Source of the DNA: a virus
Lineage: Duplodnaviria > Heunggongvirae > Uroviricota > Caudoviricetes
Virus record (IMG/VR): IMGVR_UViG_2713896791_000007
Strand: one strand, 5' to 3'
DNA: 14,943 bases
This document shows, piece by piece, positions 13,087 to 14,943 of this stretch. A model generated the notes under the pieces. The model ran no database searches and was not told where the DNA came from. It saw nothing but the letters and a program-made list of their open reading frames with translations. Both the position numbers and the translations under genes were made by a program. Each line of letters starts with the position of its first letter. Positions within the stretch are counted from its first letter, which is position 1.

Positions 13087-13098
13087 AGGTCGCCGCCC
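13087..13098 (-). other. cosN: the 12-nt cohesive end (GGGCGGCGACCT on the minus strand); left-end/right-end junction at 13098/13099
   Basis: Plus-strand aggtcgccgccc at 13087..13098 is the reverse complement of GGGCGGCGACCT. It is followed by cgtaacctgtcggatcg, the reverse complement of the lambda right-end sequence as recalled. Confidence 0.85.
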
Positions 13099-13115
13099 CG
13101 TAACCTGTCGGATCG

Positions 13116-13146
13116 NNNNNNNNNNNNNNNNNNNNNNNNNNNNNNN
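13116..13146. other. Run of 31 N (assembly gap or mask) 17 nt from cosN on the right-end side
   Basis: Literal n characters. Confidence 0.99.
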
Positions 13147-13176
13147 ACAACCCGCAACATCCGCTTTCCTAACCAA

Positions 13177-13311
13177 ATGATTGAACAAATTAACATCGCT
13201 CTTGATCAAAAAGGGTCCGGGAATTTCTCAGCCTGGGTCATTGAAGCCTGCCGTCGGAGGCTAACGTCAGAAAAGATAGCATATACATCAATTAAAAGTG
13301 ATGAAGAATGA
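13177..13311 (+). CDS. Small hypothetical protein with a ribbon-helix-helix-like pattern (possibly DUF3950/YlcI-like); 5' end may lie in the N run
   Basis: 44 codons from the ATG at 13177 (MIEQINIALDQKGSGNFSAWVIEACRRRLTSEKIAYTSIKSDEE). The frame is open upstream back to the N run (TTRNIRFPNQ precedes the Met). The pattern is a short basic beta-strand followed by two short helices. Confidence 0.45.
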   Translation: MIEQINIALDQKGSGNFSAWVIEACRRRLTSEKIAYTSIKSDEE

Positions 13312-13406
13312 ACATCCCGCGTTCTTCCCTCCGAACAGGACGATATTGTAAATTCACTTAATTACGAGGGCATTGCAGTAATTGAGTTGCAGTTTTACCA
13401 CTTTCC

Positions 13407-13440
13407 TGACAGTGACAGACTGCGTGTTGGCTCTGTCACA
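13407..13440. repeat. TGACAG repeat cluster: tandem direct TGACAG-TGACAG plus an inverted copy, forming the dyad GTGACAGA-N12-TCTGTCAC
   Basis: Plus-strand tgacagtgacagac...ctctgtcacag. The 8-bp arms at 13412..13419 and 13432..13439 are exact reverse complements. The cluster lies between convergent small ORFs. Confidence 0.5.
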
Positions 13441-13475
13441 GGTTAAGTAGTTTGAATGATTAGCAGTTATGGTGA

Positions 13476-13682
13476 TCAGTCAACCACCAGGGAATAATCC
13501 TTCATATTATTATCGTGCTTCACCAACGCTGCCTCAATTGCCCTGAATGCTTCCAGAGACACCTTATGTTCTATACATGCAATTACAACATCAGGGTAAC
13601 TCATAGAAATGGTGCTATTAAGCATATTTTTTACACGAATCAGATCCACGGAGGGATCATCAGCAGATTGTTCTTTATTCAT
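13476..13682 (-). CDS. Hypothetical 68-aa protein (same position as lambda orf lambdap79 / YbcW-like)
   Basis: 68-aa ORF ([68 protein letters not shown]) with GGAG 9 nt upstream of its ATG. It is divergent from the YbcV-like ORF. Confidence 0.7.
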
Positions 13683-13730
13683 TTTGTCGCTCCATGCGCT
13701 TGCTCTTCATCTAGCGGTTAAAATATTACT

Positions 13731-13756
13731 TCAAATCTTTCTGTATGAAGATTTGA
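13731..13756. promoter_or_regulatory. Perfect 9-bp inverted repeat TCAAATCTT-N8-AAGATTTGA in the divergent intergenic region (candidate operator)
   Basis: Plus-strand tcaaatctt at 13731..13739 and aagatttga at 13748..13756 are exact reverse complements. The site lies between the divergently oriented 68-aa ORF and the YbcV-like ORF. Confidence 0.4.
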
Positions 13757-13967
13757 GCACGTTGGCCTTACATACATCTGTCGGTTGTATTTCCCTCCAG
13801 AATGCCAGCAGGACCGCACTTTGTTACACAACCAATACTATTAATTGAAAACATTCCTAATATTTGACATAAATCATCAACAAAACACAAAGAGGTCAGA
13901 CCAGATTGAAACGATAAAAACGATAATGCAAACTACGCGCCCTCGTATCACATGGAAGGTTTTACCA

Positions 13968-14378
13968 ATGGCTCAGGTTGCCATTTTTAAAGAAATATTC
14001 GATCAAGTGCGAAAAGATTTAAACTGTGAATTGTTTTATTCTGAACTAAAACGTCACAATGTCTCACATTATATTTACTATCTAGCCACAGATAATATTC
14101 ACATTGTGTTAGAAAACGATAACACTGTGTTAATAAAAGGACTTAAAAAGGTTGTAAATGTTAAATTCTCAAGAAATACGCATCTTATAGAAACGTCCTT
14201 TGATAGGTTGAAATCAAGAGAAATCACATTTCAGCAATACAGGGAAAATCTTGCTAAAGCAGGAGTTTTCCGATGGGTTACAAATATCCACGAACATAAA
14301 AGATATTACTATACCTTTGATAATTCATTACTATTTACTGAGAGCATTCAGAACACTACACAAATCTTTCCACGCTAA
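13968..14378 (+). CDS. ybcV: DUF1398/YbcV-like hypothetical protein (lambda 'putative envelope protein' position); the longest ORF starts at a TTG at 13845
   Basis: The ORF track gives a 177-aa ORF at 13845..14378 starting with TTG and lacking a Shine-Dalgarno. The internal ATG at 13968 ([38 protein letters not shown]...) is preceded by GGAAGG at a spacing of 8 and gives 136 aa. The protein has no evident signal peptide or transmembrane segment. Confidence 0.7.
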   Translation: MAQVAIFKEIFDQVRKDLNCELFYSELKRHNVSHYIYYLATDNIHIVLENDNTVLIKGLKKVVNVKFSRNTHLIETSFDRLKSREITFQQYRENLAKAGVFRWVTNIHEHKRYYYTFDNSLLFTESIQNTTQIFPR

Positions 14379-14418
14379 ATCATAACGTCCGGTTTCTTCC
14401 GTGTCAGCACCGGGGCGT

Positions 14419-14427
14419 TGGCATAAT
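14419..14427 (+). promoter_or_regulatory. Candidate extended -10 promoter element (TGgCATAAT) reading toward bor
   Basis: Plus-strand tggcataat at 14419..14427 fits the TGnTATAAT pattern. There is no convincing -35. It lies about 240 nt upstream of the bor ATG. Confidence 0.25.
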
Positions 14428-14668
14428 GCAATACGTGTACGCGCTAAACCCTGTGTGCATCGTTTTTAATTATTCCCGGACACTCCCGCAGAGAAGTTCC
14501 CCGTCAGGGCTGTGGACATAGTTAATCCGGGAATACAATGACGATTCATCGCACCTGACATACATTAATAAATATTAACAATATGAAATTTCAACTCATT
14601 GTTTAGGGTTTGTTTAATTTTCTACACATACGATTCTGCGAACTTCAAAAAGCATCGGGAATAACACC

Positions 14669-14943
14669 ATGAAAAAAATGCTACTCGCTACTGCGCTGGC
14701 CCTGCTTATTACAGGATGTGCTCAACAGACGTTTACTGTTCAAAACAAACAGACAGCAGTAGCACCAAAGGAAACCATCACCCATCATTTCTTCGTTTCT
14801 GGAATTGGGCAGAAGAAAACTGTCGATGCAGCCAAAATTTGTGGCGGCACAGAAAATGTTGTTAAAACAGAAACCCAGCAAACATTCGTAAATGGATTGC
14901 TCGGTTTTATTACTTTAGGCATTTATACTCCGCTGGAAGCGCG
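14669..14943 (+). CDS. bor: Bor outer-membrane lipoprotein (serum resistance, Iss family); 3' end beyond the window
   Basis: The ATG at 14669 follows GGGA. The product begins MKKMLLATALALLITGCAQQTFTVQNKQTAVAPKETITHHFFVSGIGQKKTVDAAKICGG..., with a lipoprotein signal peptide and lipobox LITG-C. No stop codon occurs before the window end. Confidence 0.9.
   Translation, partial: MKKMLLATALALLITGCAQQTFTVQNKQTAVAPKETITHHFFVSGIGQKKTVDAAKICGGTENVVKTETQQTFVNGLLGFITLGIYTPLEA

Noticed and set aside
13843-13869. Possible sigma70 promoter from the TTGAAA and TTGACA hexamers
   Set aside because: I could not find a -10 hexamer at 16-18 bp spacing from either, so it is not supportable by eye.

Overview
This window is the reverse complement of a phage lambda-type genome segment that runs across cos. 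The minus strand carries the complete late morphogenesis operon (Nu1, A, W, B, C/Nu3, D, E, FI, FII, Z, U, V, G/T) plus most of H (tape measure), which runs off the window start. ORF lengths, overlaps and spacers match canonical lambda as I recall it; no database search was possible. cosB and cosN lie at about 12931-13110. Beyond cos (13147-14943) the sequence becomes AT-rich and carries right-end cargo: a small ribbon-helix-helix-like ORF, a 68-aa ORF, a YbcV/DUF1398-like ORF and the 5' part of the bor lipoprotein gene. Because cos is internal, the source is a circularly permuted form (prophage, circle or concatemer), not linear virion DNA. Anomalies are three N runs (50, 50 and 31 nt), a frameshift in H, and a 302-bp segment of H present twice at about 95% identity. 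I do not see a novel defence or accessory system in the structural arm, where every long ORF is accounted for by a known lambda gene. The least characterised content is the cos-proximal small-ORF cluster with its palindromes. All CDS coordinates include the stop codon.
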